This document shows positions 15,821-26,275 of a stretch of 64,000 bases of DNA, in pieces. The notes below the pieces were generated by a model. That model saw only the letters and a list, made by a program, of their open reading frames with translations. It had not been told where the DNA came from and ran no database searches. The DNA is from a virus, in the IMG/VR virus record IMGVR_UViG_3300013113_000285, positions 6,863 through 70,862 of that record. The stretch is one strand, 5' to 3'. A program made the translations under genes and the position numbers. Positions within the stretch are counted from its first letter, which is position 1, and each line of letters opens with the position of its first letter.

Positions 15821-18800
15821 TTACTGATTCACAAAAGCGAACTTGTCTTTCTTCTCAATAGAAATCTGCAAGTCCACTGCGTCCTTGAGGGAGTCGAGGT
15901 GGGAAATAAGAATAACATTTTTGAAGTGAGATTTCACCAGTTCAAGAATTCTGATAAAACCTTCCATGTTTTCTTCGTCGAGTGCTGTGCCTGGTTCATC
16001 GAGAATGAAGACGTCTCCAATTGGAAGAGAAGACACATTAATAAACGCAAGACGAATAGCCATGGAAGCAATGGTCTTTTCTGCACCAGAACCCATCTCC
16101 AAAGGGCGAGGCTCAAAGGATGGGTGCTTGATAAGAACATTCAGCCTTCTCTCATCGTTCTCCAAGAAAACTTCGAAGTTAACAACATTAGTAAGAATCT
16201 TCGCTATCTCGTCATTGATAATAGGAAGCTCTTTCTTGATGATATCGAGCGAGACACCATTGGAGCCCATTGCTTTTCTGTAAAGGTCGTAAGCAGAGTA
16301 CTCTTTCTGGAAAGTTGCGAGGTCAAGTTCCTGAACCTGCATCTCATTCAGTCTGCGTTCGTGATTTCCCTGAAGTTTGCTAAGCTTCTTTGTCTCTTCA
16401 GAGCACTTATCCAACTTTTTCTTTAGCTGTTGTTTGCTGTTTAGAAGTTCTCCTCGCTCTCTTGTAAGCTTTGCAAACTCAAGAATAGTTTTTTCATTCT
16501 CCTCAAAAACTCTAATCTCTTCTTGCGACTTATTTATGAGGTCTCGAATTCTAACAATAGTTGTCTTGTTCTGAGCTACCTGAAGTTCAAACTTATTTAT
16601 CTCTTCCTGCTTTTCTCTTCTTCGCTCAACAAGCTGCTGATGTTGCTCTAAATATCTAGCAACTGTTTCAGGTTCTATCTCATTTACTTTTGTTTGCAAG
16701 CTGTCGAGTTCTTTTTTGAACTTCTTATCATCAGCAAGAATCTTTTTCTCACTGTCGATAGCAGAGTGAGCGTGTTTGATAAACTTACAATTTGGAAAAC
16801 TATCCCCACAAGGAACCTGCTGGAGTAAAAGTTTGTTTTTGGAAATATCGCTCAACATAGATGTCGCTGACTGATTTTTCATCTCTACTTCATTAATAGT
16901 AAGCTGTAGCTGGCTTATCTCTGTCTCTTTTTCCTTCCAACTATTGTAGTCAAACTCTTTCATAAAGTTGTCTATCTTGCCAACAACGCCCTCGTTTAGG
17001 ACAATAATTTCTTCCAAGGACTTATTATTTTCTTGAAGAGATTCTAACTCGCTTGTATGCTTTTCTACACTCTGCTTTTCCGACTCAACATCAATAACTC
17101 TCTGAACTGGTGCAGAGTCAAGCCTTGTTTCAATTCTGATTATCTCGCTTGTGACCTCTTCTAGCTCGGATGTCATGCTTTCGCAAATCTTTTCTTGATT
17201 GCGAAGGTCCATCGATGCAGTCTCAATAAGAGCTTCCAACTCCATCTTCAGTGCTTCGTAGCCGAGGTCGCCAGCAGAGTCTAAAAGATATTTTATCTTG
17301 CCGTCGAGGTCGCTAGACTCCTCTTTTGCAATCTTATCTTTTGCATCAAAGAGTTCAAGGTCAAGAAACTTCGCAAGAATCTCTTTTCTCTTTGTTGAAC
17401 CCTCGGCAATAAAGGCAAGTGATTCCAACTGAGATGATAGCGAGGTCATAAGGAAGTCTTCCACTGAACTAAAGAACTTTCTGATGTTTTCGTCAGTTTG
17501 AGCCCGAGTCTCTCCATTGAGAGGTAGTGCTTCTTCAGTTGCTAAGTCATAGACTGAGAACTCTACGTTGGTCTTTACTTCTTCTGTCTCTTCGCCCTTT
17601 AGACGCTTGATGTATTTATCAGCAGTTCTTTCAATGGTGTAGTGTCGGTTGTCTAACTCAATAACAACTTTACCCCAAGCAGAAGACCTATTCTGATTAA
17701 CAATGTCGATAGACTTTCTATTTCGCTTGGTAGTTGTGTTAAACATAACCCAGAGCAAACTATCGATAATAGAAGACTTTCCTGAAAAGTTCTTTCCGAA
17801 GATTCCAATAATGCCTCCGAGGTTATCGAAGTCTATCTTATTACCCTCGCCGTAGTTAAAGAGGTTGTTCCACTCAAGAGTCTTGAGGCTCCAACTTACA
17901 TTTCGATAGGAAGCTCGCTCCTGACTTTCAGCTTGTGCGTTGATTCTTCTGTTTATCTCCATGACTTCTTTCAAGACATTCTTATCTTCTTCTGTGTCTG
18001 AAAGATAGTCGTCCAAGTACTCCTTGATAAGTCTTTCCTGAACTGCGATGTCTCGAAGGTTGTACTTCTCAAAGTCTTCATCAAGATTGACCCGAGAGCG
18101 AGAACCAGTTGCTCTGTTTAGAAAAGTAACTGACTCTGGTTTGAACTTAGTCTTTGCAATATCGATTGCCTTACGAACTTTCTCAATAGGAAGAGTGTGG
18201 TTCGTAACAATGCGAAGACGAGCACCTACAGGTGGCTTGGCTGCTTTTGGAAGTCGTCCAGTCTTTGTAAGTTCAATGGTAATAAAAGGACGTGGGTTCT
18301 CTAAAACAAAGTGTCGAACGTCAAAAGTGTCTTTATCTTTGATGTCCCAGATAAGAAAACCTTTATCGTTTGTCTCTCCAAAGTTTTGCTGAACTGTCGA
18401 ACCACAATAACGAACTCGACCTTCCGTGTCTAAGATTTGGTTCGTCTTGTGAATGTCTCCAAGGAAAGCGAAGTCGTGCCCTTCGAAGATACCAACGTCA
18501 TCTTCACCGTGGTCCATTACCCATCCAATATCCGTTTCGACACCAGCAATAGCACCATGATAAAGAGCGATATTAATAGATTTTTCATTAGAAGGCTCCA
18601 CCCAGTTGTCTCTGTCAAATACAGAGAGTACATTAAAGGTCAAACCCTTTTGAGGTGAAAACTCTCCAGAGTTCTTGAGATAGTGAATAGTGTCCTTGCC
18701 TAAAGCTCTTACCACTGGAGTGAGAGCATCTTGACGACTTGAGTTTTTCAGGTTGCCATCGTGGTTGCCCGCAATAAGAACAAGTGGTGCAATGTCCGAT

Positions 18801-19021
18801 AGGCTATCAAAGAAGTCAGCAGCCATTTGAAAAAACTCTGGTGATAATTGAGTCTTTGTGTGAGCTACATCTCCACAATGAACGATGTAGTCTGGCTTCT
18901 CCTCACGAAGAATAGAATACATTTGCTCGAAGCAAGCACGATAGTCCTCGTGATATTTCAGATTTCTGATGTGAGTATCACTCACATGAGCCAGACGAAA
19001 ACTCTTATTTTTCTTAGCCAT
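15821..19021 (-). CDS. Fused Mre11/SbcD nuclease - Rad50/SbcC ATPase (T4 gp47+gp46-like)
   Basis: Phosphoesterase motifs SDTH, GD, GNHD, GDIHK; Walker A GKNFSGKS; long coiled coil with central CGDSFPNC; signature GSGAE; Walker B ILDEP; ISH. Confidence 0.92.
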   Translation of the reverse strand: MAKKNKSFRLAHVSDTHIRNLKYHEDYRACFEQMYSILREEKPDYIVHCGDVAHTKTQLSPEFFQMAADFFDSLSDIAPLVLIAGNHDGNLKNSSRQDALTPVVRALGKDTIHYLKNSGEFSPQKGLTFNVLSVFDRDNWVEPSNEKSINIALYHGAIAGVETDIGWVMDHGEDDVGIFEGHDFAFLGDIHKTNQILDTEGRVRYCGSTVQQNFGETNDKGFLIWDIKDKDTFDVRHFVLENPRPFITIELTKTGRLPKAAKPPVGARLRIVTNHTLPIEKVRKAIDIAKTKFKPESVTFLNRATGSRSRVNLDEDFEKYNLRDIAVQERLIKEYLDDYLSDTEEDKNVLKEVMEINRRINAQAESQERASYRNVSWSLKTLEWNNLFNYGEGNKIDFDNLGGIIGIFGKNFSGKSSIIDSLLWVMFNTTTKRNRKSIDIVNQNRSSAWGKVVIELDNRHYTIERTADKYIKRLKGEETEEVKTNVEFSVYDLATEEALPLNGETRAQTDENIRKFFSSVEDFLMTSLSSQLESLAFIAEGSTKRKEILAKFLDLELFDAKDKIAKEESSDLDGKIKYLLDSAGDLGYEALKMELEALIETASMDLRNQEKICESMTSELEEVTSEIIRIETRLDSAPVQRVIDVESEKQSVEKHTSELESLQENNKSLEEIIVLNEGVVGKIDNFMKEFDYNSWKEKETEISQLQLTINEVEMKNQSATSMLSDISKNKLLLQQVPCGDSFPNCKFIKHAHSAIDSEKKILADDKKFKKELDSLQTKVNEIEPETVARYLEQHQQLVERRREKQEEINKFELQVAQNKTTIVRIRDLINKSQEEIRVFEENEKTILEFAKLTRERGELLNSKQQLKKKLDKCSEETKKLSKLQGNHERRLNEMQVQELDLATFQKEYSAYDLYRKAMGSNGVSLDIIKKELPIINDEIAKILTNVVNFEVFLENDERRLNVLIKHPSFEPRPLEMGSGAEKTIASMAIRLAFINVSSLPIGDVFILDEPGTALDEENMEGFIRILELVKSHFKNVILISHLDSLKDAVDLQISIEKKDKFAFVNQ

Positions 19022-19033
19022 TTATTTTCTCTC

Positions 19034-19969
19034 CTAAATACTAAAAATAGCTCGTTCTAAAAACGAATCGTTTGTCATAAGTTGAGCGTTCTGCTTTCTT
19101 ATATCAAACTGCTTCCTAGTCATCTCTCCTACATCAGCGTAAGGAGTTATGTCTATCTTATACACTTCTATATCTAAAGTCAACATTTTTTTTATCAACC
19201 TCATTGCTTTTGCTTCAACATCGGGGTCGAGGGCGATATAAACTGGTGTGTCATGTTCTGCAATCTTACGAAGAAGTTTTGAGTCTTCTTTCAATGAAGA
19301 GCCGAGGATGGGAACCGCATTGCCTGCGACAATAGCGTCGAATACTCCCTCGACTATAGTCAGGTCATTGTCAAAGTCAACATAAAGCTCGTTGAATACA
19401 ATGTCTCTACTTGCTGGTGGGTTTTTGTATTTCATCCAGTCTCGCCCGTATGACCTTGCGATAAAATAGTTTATGTTTCCATCATCATTGAAAGATGGTA
19501 TCACAACCCTCTCTTTATATTCTCCTGAAGAACAATATCCCATTTTCCACTTTATAATATCCTGTTTGCTTACGCCTCGCTGGTGGAGGAAGCGAAAAAT
19601 GGGTCTTGTTGCGATAGATAAACTGTCAGAACAAAGTGTCTTGAACTCTTCTGGAAGGTCAATGACCTGTTCTACCTTTTCTTCCACTTCTTGCTCTGTG
19701 GAAAATACATCCTCGAATGAGGCAACCTCAATAGTGTCATCTATCTTCGCCCACTCTTGTTGCTGCTGAAAAGAACCAAAGCGTCGAATAAGACGGCGGA
19801 CACTATTCCCTCGATAGTCGCATATCCAACACTTGTATTTATTCTTCTCCAAGTTGACAGATAGCTTCTTTTTGTGATGTTTGCATTTTGGACAAAAGAA
19901 TAGGATTTCATCACCAGAGTGATAACAACTTCCCATTACCTTTTTTAGAATACTTATTTTAGTTGACAA
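19034..19969 (-). CDS. DNA primase (DnaG/gp61-like)
   Basis: Zn finger CPKC-H...CWIC, RVVIP, KYKNP, TOPRIM VEGVFDAI, ALDPD and ADVGEM. Confidence 0.9.
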   Translation of the reverse strand: MSTKISILKKVMGSCYHSGDEILFFCPKCKHHKKKLSVNLEKNKYKCWICDYRGNSVRRLIRRFGSFQQQQEWAKIDDTIEVASFEDVFSTEQEVEEKVEQVIDLPEEFKTLCSDSLSIATRPIFRFLHQRGVSKQDIIKWKMGYCSSGEYKERVVIPSFNDDGNINYFIARSYGRDWMKYKNPPASRDIVFNELYVDFDNDLTIVEGVFDAIVAGNAVPILGSSLKEDSKLLRKIAEHDTPVYIALDPDVEAKAMRLIKKMLTLDIEVYKIDITPYADVGEMTRKQFDIRKQNAQLMTNDSFLERAIFSI

Positions 19970-19996
19970 CTATAAACCTCAATTATTATTTTCTAC

Positions 19997-20030
19997 AAGA
20001 TAGCAGAATAAAAATAATAAGTCAAGTATT
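19997..20030 (-). promoter_or_regulatory. sigma70-type promoter for the primase/Mre11-Rad50 operon
   Basis: TTGACT-N17-TATCTT with extended -10 TGn. Confidence 0.65.
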
Positions 20031-20537
20031 TTTTTGTAAGAAACCTGCTTTTGCTATAACCCAGCTATCTGCTCTGTCGAACGAGTCAGGCTTGGGGTTT
20101 CCGTGTTTTGTATATTCTACCATAAAAGTAGGCTCGTTGTCAAGTACATATTGTAAAACAACTGGTTTTGCTTTTTCGCCCTTTGGTATTTTTATGCCAC
20201 ACAGTTTTCGAGCAGAAGTTGCTGCAAGATAGTCAGGTTCGATATTCCAAAGAGAATAGCACATCCAACTTACAACCCCGTTGAAACGAGAAAGAGTTGA
20301 TAAGGTCTTTGCCGAAGAAAAGCCTGAGCGGAAAGACTGAAGTGATTGCTCGATATAAACTTCTTCTACTTTATACTTTTCCGAAATGTTTGTCAAGAAG
20401 GATTTTACTTTTTCTGCTTTTTGAAAAAAGTTCTTGTACTTTCTCGTATCGATTGCTTCTATGAAAACGACTTCACCATTTTCATTTACTAACGTCGCAC
20501 CTGTAATAGAGGTGGAGATGTCTAACCCTAATATCAA
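20022..20537 (-). CDS. RuvC-like Holliday junction resolvase
   Basis: ILGLDISTSITG, VYIEQ and DRADSWVIA RNase H-fold acidic motifs. Confidence 0.8.
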   Translation of the reverse strand: MILGLDISTSITGATLVNENGEVVFIEAIDTRKYKNFFQKAEKVKSFLTNISEKYKVEEVYIEQSLQSFRSGFSSAKTLSTLSRFNGVVSWMCYSLWNIEPDYLAATSARKLCGIKIPKGEKAKPVVLQYVLDNEPTFMVEYTKHGNPKPDSFDRADSWVIAKAGFLQKNT

Positions 20538-20550
20538 TGTGTTTCCTTTC

Positions 20551-21696
20551 TTAGAAATCGATTTTCATTTTGAATGTGTATTGGCGAGATTCTGTCTTCT
20601 TTACTGGAGTTGCTAACTTGGCAATACCTATGAGGTTCTTATTCTCGTCGTAGATGCCAATCTTAGAGATGTAGGTAGTTTTCTCGAATGAGCCAGAAGT
20701 GTTTGAGTAAGGAGACTGCACGACGTTCGCAATACTCAACTCTTTTTCTTCTGAAAACTTATTCAATGAAAGAGGTGCCTCCTCTTGCCCGTCATTTCTA
20801 TCTTCATAGTCAATAAATGTTGGGTTGTTTGAATAGTTCAAATCACCTTGCTTTGCGTGAGCGAGCATTGTCATAGTTGGGATATAATTCGTTCCAAGAA
20901 AGTCAATATCCCAGGAAGAGCTTGGGGCTGCTTCTGAGCCCCAAAGTTTCCACTTTGGTGTCTCGTTGCCTGAGCCATAATCTTCCGTGTGAGCGTCCAA
21001 ATCCCAAGAGCCAGTTAGAGCAACAAAGCCTTCGTTATAAAGAACGACACCAGCAACCTTTCCTTCGTTTGCATCTGCTGGTAGAGTTTGGATAAGTTCT
21101 CCGTTTCTCGCTGTATCCTCAACGGTTGCAATAAGAGAACCTGATACATAAAAGTTCAACTTTACACTGCCCTTCTTTACCGAAGAACCGTAAAATATGG
21201 AAGGAACAGAAATCAACTTTATATCCTGAGTTGCTTTGTTCCAATCTGTTGTCTCAAAGTCATAGTGAGGGCTCAAGGTTCTATAATAGTTGAAAGTGTT
21301 TTTTAGTGCGTAAATCCTATCTCTGCTCGTTGTCGTATAATAATCAGTCGAGATGGTGGAAGTCAAAGGGTATGAGCCTGAAATTTCTGTTCCATAATCA
21401 AATGATTGGAAAGTTTCCGTTGATACTGACTTGAAGTTCCCTAGTGTTCCCTGCTTTGTTATAAAAGGATATACAAGACCATCAGCAGGGTCTCTGTTTA
21501 TATTCATCTCATATAAACTTATTTGACCCTGTGCTCCATCTGGGCTGCCGTCGAGTATTGTCCCGTCTGTGGGACCAGAAGGTAAGACATCATTGTTGTA
21601 ATAGGTTGTACTATTATTAATGAGAAAATAAGAGCGAGGATGTGCCTTTATTCTATTTGTGAAGATGTCGTTTTGTTCGAACTTGTAGTAAGACAC
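20551..21696 (-). CDS. Virion structural (baseplate/tail-associated) protein, paralog of 21715..22896
   Basis: C-terminal NYSNNPTF...TYISKIGIYDENKNLIGIAKLATPVKK...KIDF. Confidence 0.6.
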   Translation of the reverse strand: MSYYKFEQNDIFTNRIKAHPRSYFLINNSTTYYNNDVLPSGPTDGTILDGSPDGAQGQISLYEMNINRDPADGLVYPFITKQGTLGNFKSVSTETFQSFDYGTEISGSYPLTSTISTDYYTTTSRDRIYALKNTFNYYRTLSPHYDFETTDWNKATQDIKLISVPSIFYGSSVKKGSVKLNFYVSGSLIATVEDTARNGELIQTLPADANEGKVAGVVLYNEGFVALTGSWDLDAHTEDYGSGNETPKWKLWGSEAAPSSSWDIDFLGTNYIPTMTMLAHAKQGDLNYSNNPTFIDYEDRNDGQEEAPLSLNKFSEEKELSIANVVQSPYSNTSGSFEKTTYISKIGIYDENKNLIGIAKLATPVKKTESRQYTFKMKIDF

Positions 21697-21714
21697 TTTT
21701 AGTCCTCCTAACTT

Positions 21715-22896
21715 TTAGTAGTCAAGGCGAACACGAAGGGTCATATCGTTCGTTGGGTCTTTACGAAGTGGTTCTGAAAGCTTCGCAACTGCGAGCATTT
21801 CGTTGTCTGCTGAGTAGAGACCTACTGTTGTGATATAAGAAACAGGAGAATCTGTTGTCTTGTTCTTTACACGAATCTTACTGTTCTCCAAGTAAGTTGG
21901 ATTAGAACTGTAGTTGAAGTCATTGTGTCCGACTCGGCAGAAGTAAATCGTTGAGTTTAGCTCGGTTGTATTACTGAAGTCGATATCGATAATTCTTCCT
22001 CGAATCGCCAGAGCTAGTTCGTCATTTGTATCTGTTGCCATAACAGTATAAATGTGGTCGCCAGCGCCGTTCATGTTGCAGTCTTCAGTGTGAAGAAAAC
22101 CAACAGCATGAGTACCAGCGTTATAGGCATTGAATAGTTCTGGTGTAATTGCAACGATACCAGCTTGATAGAAAATCAATCCACAAGCAGTACCATCTTT
22201 CGCTGCTGCAATACCGTTAGCAGAACCAGCGGTAGAAAGTGCCGAAGCCTTGAGAATTCCGTACTCACCAGCGGGAGAGTTAACTCTGTAATCACTCTCT
22301 GCGCCAGAATCTGAGATAGTGATATTCTCTGCACTAGTAGCAACACTACCTGAAGCTGCCGTAGTATCCAGCTTCATGCTGAATGTTCCCTTTTTCAGTT
22401 CGTCCTTTCCAAGAAGACGAGCGAAGTTAAAAAAGATAAGAGCATTATACTTATCGCCGCCAGTGAGGTCGCCGTCGGCATCGAACTTCCTAATCTCGCC
22501 ATCGACGCCATGACCGACAAGAACTTGAGCCATTTGACCATATAAGTTTTTTCTTTTTGCAAACAAGTCGTTCTCATCAATGTCGTCCGCAGTTCCAGGC
22601 ATCAAGTTGTCAGTGCCGACAGATACAAGGTCATCACTACTATTGTCATAAGTGCCCTGAGTTGTAATTTCTGCTCTGTGTCCAAAAGTCATGTCAAAGA
22701 TATGATTTGCAGAAGAGCTTGTGTAAGGATAATCATAAACAGACTGAAACATTCCATGTCCGTAAGATTTGATATTATTGTGTGTGGCGTATGTTACACC
22801 ATTGACAATAGAACCTGTAATTGGAATCGCCTCATGAAGAAGCGTTCTTGTGTTAGCAATGTCGTCGCTTACGAATGTTTTAAATGTTGAAGCCAT
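21715..22896 (-). CDS. Virion structural (baseplate/tail-associated) protein
   Basis: C-terminal NYSSNPTY...SYITTVGLYSADNEMLAVAKLSEPLRK...RLDY. Confidence 0.6.
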   Translation of the reverse strand: MASTFKTFVSDDIANTRTLLHEAIPITGSIVNGVTYATHNNIKSYGHGMFQSVYDYPYTSSSANHIFDMTFGHRAEITTQGTYDNSSDDLVSVGTDNLMPGTADDIDENDLFAKRKNLYGQMAQVLVGHGVDGEIRKFDADGDLTGGDKYNALIFFNFARLLGKDELKKGTFSMKLDTTAASGSVATSAENITISDSGAESDYRVNSPAGEYGILKASALSTAGSANGIAAAKDGTACGLIFYQAGIVAITPELFNAYNAGTHAVGFLHTEDCNMNGAGDHIYTVMATDTNDELALAIRGRIIDIDFSNTTELNSTIYFCRVGHNDFNYSSNPTYLENSKIRVKNKTTDSPVSYITTVGLYSADNEMLAVAKLSEPLRKDPTNDMTLRVRLDY

Positions 22897-22915
22897 TTTT
22901 TGTTATCCTCTTTTA

Positions 22916-23896
22916 TTATACTGTTCGGTAATATTTCATTACCCTGACTGGAATATCGATGCTGCTACCAGTCGTAGCACCTGAAATTCTAACATTTGTA
23001 TCAATGTAGTAGAATTCATCATCGTCGGATGGTGTAGTTGCGTTCGCTATAGTCATTACACTACCTGAGCCACCACCGAGTTCAGCAAAAAGTGAAGTAC
23101 TTGTTTCAATTTCTTCTGAGCGGTAAAGGTTAAACATAACCTCTGAACCTTGCGGACCCGATACAACGTCTGGTTGAGTTGTTGGTACTTCCAGTGTTCT
23201 AACATATGCAGTATCCGTAACTGAGAAGTAGTAAGACGCAACCTGGTCGTCATCGATATAAGACACGCTTGCTGCTGTCTGATTGTTATCACTCTTCACA
23301 ACCTGAGCGAGGCGATTATCAACTTGAATAATATATTGCGTTTCTCTCAAGTCGCTGCTGATTGCTCTCGTGTATGAGATATCTTCTGTATCCAGACCCT
23401 GAATTGCTTTGATGAAAGTCTTAGTTGAATCAAGAATACCAGTAATAGAATATCCCTTTAGTTTCGAAAGAGTTTCGTCATCAGCAGGAAGAAGGTATAC
23501 GCCAGTGCCTGCTGCGCCGACTGTTGTAGTCATATTATCTGCTGCTGGGCTGGCGATAGTATTTCCAGTGAAAGCGACAGCGGCGTTAGCTTGGTCGTCT
23601 AACTTGACTACTGGAAGATAAAGCAAGTTTGTTTGTGGCATGGAGATAAGCTTATGCTTTAGTAAAGAAGTATTGTTTGTAAATGCCTCTAAGACTGGAG
23701 TCTGCATAATTGCTAGGTCGTAGTATGCTGAACCACTTGCATGATTCTTATCAAAGAGACCGTAATCAATCTCGTCATCACCAAGAGCAAACTTTACAAT
23801 CTTGAAAGTGCCGTCGCCTTTTGCTAATCTCATTCTACCTGTGTCAGTTAATACTGCGTCGAGAATGATGTCGCCTGAGTTATCTAAAAATGCCAT
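22916..23896 (-). CDS. Virion structural protein, N-terminus shared with 29309..30322
   Basis: DAVLTDTGRMRLAKG...KFALGDDEIDY, resembling the LTxxG tail-collar-type start; late motif upstream. Confidence 0.6.
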   Translation of the reverse strand: MAFLDNSGDIILDAVLTDTGRMRLAKGDGTFKIVKFALGDDEIDYGLFDKNHASGSAYYDLAIMQTPVLEAFTNNTSLLKHKLISMPQTNLLYLPVVKLDDQANAAVAFTGNTIASPAADNMTTTVGAAGTGVYLLPADDETLSKLKGYSITGILDSTKTFIKAIQGLDTEDISYTRAISSDLRETQYIIQVDNRLAQVVKSDNNQTAASVSYIDDDQVASYYFSVTDTAYVRTLEVPTTQPDVVSGPQGSEVMFNLYRSEEIETSTSLFAELGGGSGSVMTIANATTPSDDDEFYYIDTNVRISGATTGSSIDIPVRVMKYYRTV

Positions 23897-23917
23897 TTTG
23901 TTCTATCCTCCGCATTA

Positions 23918-23925
23918 TAATTAGT
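23918..23925 (-). promoter_or_regulatory. Late-promoter-like motif variant ACTAATTA
   Basis: 22 nt upstream of the ATG at 23896. Confidence 0.5.
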
Positions 23926-23965
23926 TTTATTATAGAAATAATGCCTGAATCGTAAATAATTATGT

Positions 23966-26275
23966 TTATTCCGAAACTTCTCTGTCCTGTTTTGTATTAA
24001 ATGTAAAATTAAAGTCTATCTTCTTTCCTGTTGACTTAGAAGTCAATCTAAGCTTGAACTTCTTACCCCAAGTCGTATCTAGTCCCTCACCGAGAACAAC
24101 TCTTTGACCGACTTCTGGTCCTTCTGTATCTTCTATCCCCATTTCTTCTTCATTGGATAGTAAATTTCTAAATGAAGGCTTTATATGTACGAATCTCTTT
24201 ACGCCTCGGCTAGGTCTCTTTGTCTTTGGCTCCTCGAACTCGTAAATCTTACTTACTGGATAAATAGAGCCAGAATCATCTACTACCTCAATTTCATAAA
24301 CTGGGCTTGGATAAGACAAGTTGTCGTGATAATCCTTCGCTCTAAGGCAATAGTAATACTTTCTATTAGGTCTTATATCGTCCAAATAAGAGGTGGAAGA
24401 GGCTCTATCTGTTTCCAATTCTATTGACTCTCCCTTGTCCTGAAAGTCTTGATAACTAGTTGGTTTTTCACTCATCTTGTATAAAATGAACTTTTTCACA
24501 GAATCATCAGTCTCAAACATTATTTCCTCTTGCTCTTCTGGCAAGTCCTGTGCTACCTTATACTTTTCCACCAAAGTTGCTTCGTTCGTGTTGAATAAAA
24601 TTGGCTTTGCCATAGTCCGACCAACAGCAGAGTTAAAAAAGAATTTCACTTTATCGTTTATGCCTCTGAAAAATATTGGTTCAATTTCTGGTGCTATTGG
24701 AGGGTTGTCATAGATTATCACAGATTTTTCAAAAACTGGAACTTCTATGATTTTAGCAGAAGGTTCGGATATCGCTTTGAATCTTATCCTATCTGGTCTT
24801 CCCCTGTTATCTCTCCCGACACTTATAAATTCAAATTTATATTTCGTACCTATTACCAAGTTAGAGGAAGTTATTCTATAGCTGTACCTCTTGTCGTATT
24901 TGACCTGAGTATCTACAAACTTTATAACGTCTAGCTGTTCTGTATTTGTAAAATTGAAAGTTTGTAGTAAATTACTCTCTTCGTCATATTTATCAACCCT
25001 ATAAAACACTGGTTCGCTATATGCTGTCTTTCCTTCTAATAGTTCCTTGTAGTCCCTGAATACTCTCTTTTTTATTTTCTCGACTCTACCCTTTGCAATA
25101 ATAGACATTAGGTTATAGAAAGCCCTGTATTCTGAACCGTCTAGAACCTCTTCATTAAACAAGAGTTCGTTGCTAGTACCTGGTTCGAACTTTTCCATTA
25201 CGGAATCAACATCATAAGAAACCCTAGAAGTAATCTCCGCTGTGGAGGACAACTCACCTTCTAAGAATTTTTGCTGTCCGTCGAAAGGTGAAACTAATTT
25301 TTCTGTCCTATCAGTCCTCACCTCCACTAGGTCAAGTGAGGATGCGTTTGACGGAACTAGGGCACTTCTTAGTTGAGAAGAAAAGTTTGTCTCTTCCAAG
25401 GTTGTTCCAAAAAGAGCGTCGTTCTCAACATTGAACTCTATTGAGTTAAACATTGGAAAAAGCTCTTTGTATTTGTAAAGTTCCTGCAACTTATCATTCT
25501 CTTTTTTAGTAAATGAGACTGTTCTCATTTTATAATTTTTGATAAAGTCTGCCGTATCTCCCTTATAGTCTTCAAAATTCTTAGACCACTTGGTAAAGTA
25601 GTTGCTAACTGGTTTTACCTTCTCGCTGATTAAGTTTGTTGTGTCTCCGAGACGAATTCGACCGCCCAAGCTTAAAATAGAGCTTCTGTCGATTTGCTCC
25701 AATATATTCTCGCTTCTAATAAGAAAGTTGTAGAAATTTGGGAGGTCCAGTTCTCTTATGTTGCCCTCGTAAGAGTTCAAGAAACTTTCATAATTCTTTT
25801 CTAAAAAGTTATAGTCTGACTTTATTTCTGCATAGAGATTCAAGATGCCCGCTGCTTGCTCCACCTTGTTGTTGCCATCATCATATATATTTACTACAGT
25901 TGCGTGGTCGAAGAACTCATTATCTTCTCTAAGAAAATCTCTAACCTCTTCGTACTGAGCCGCTGCGACGAATCTATCCTGAAAAGTAATTTCGAATTCT
26001 TGTTCGGTAATGCCAACCTCTGGTCGTGTCTCTGTGCTTATAAGATTGATTCTTCTAATTGGCGTGTTGGGTCTTCCGCTTTTTAGAAAGACTTGCTTAC
26101 CAGACTCTGGCTTTATCCAGAATGCTGCTGACTTCTTCCTCAAGACATCTGGTATTTCAGCGTCCGAGTGAAAGATATAATTGACTCTTCCATCTTCCAA
26201 TGACGCCAGGTCAGATTCTACGATAAATAATTCATCGCCAGCCTTAGTACTTTTATTTTCTTTATTTCCAGACAT
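23966..26275 (-). CDS. Hypothetical structural protein (769 aa; fibronectin-III-like C-terminal part)
   Basis: FVDTQVKYDKRYSYRI and YLDDIRPNRKYYYCLRA beta-sandwich-like motifs; late motif upstream. Confidence 0.55.
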   Translation of the reverse strand: MSGNKENKSTKAGDELFIVESDLASLEDGRVNYIFHSDAEIPDVLRKKSAAFWIKPESGKQVFLKSGRPNTPIRRINLISTETRPEVGITEQEFEITFQDRFVAAAQYEEVRDFLREDNEFFDHATVVNIYDDGNNKVEQAAGILNLYAEIKSDYNFLEKNYESFLNSYEGNIRELDLPNFYNFLIRSENILEQIDRSSILSLGGRIRLGDTTNLISEKVKPVSNYFTKWSKNFEDYKGDTADFIKNYKMRTVSFTKKENDKLQELYKYKELFPMFNSIEFNVENDALFGTTLEETNFSSQLRSALVPSNASSLDLVEVRTDRTEKLVSPFDGQQKFLEGELSSTAEITSRVSYDVDSVMEKFEPGTSNELLFNEEVLDGSEYRAFYNLMSIIAKGRVEKIKKRVFRDYKELLEGKTAYSEPVFYRVDKYDEESNLLQTFNFTNTEQLDVIKFVDTQVKYDKRYSYRITSSNLVIGTKYKFEFISVGRDNRGRPDRIRFKAISEPSAKIIEVPVFEKSVIIYDNPPIAPEIEPIFFRGINDKVKFFFNSAVGRTMAKPILFNTNEATLVEKYKVAQDLPEEQEEIMFETDDSVKKFILYKMSEKPTSYQDFQDKGESIELETDRASSTSYLDDIRPNRKYYYCLRAKDYHDNLSYPSPVYEIEVVDDSGSIYPVSKIYEFEEPKTKRPSRGVKRFVHIKPSFRNLLSNEEEMGIEDTEGPEVGQRVVLGEGLDTTWGKKFKLRLTSKSTGKKIDFNFTFNTKQDREVSE

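Noticed and set aside
11902-19969. Possible inteins or introns in TerL, Mre11-Rad50 or primase
   Set aside because: Motif spacing and lengths look normal; no intein C/S...HN boundaries or LAGLIDADG motifs seen
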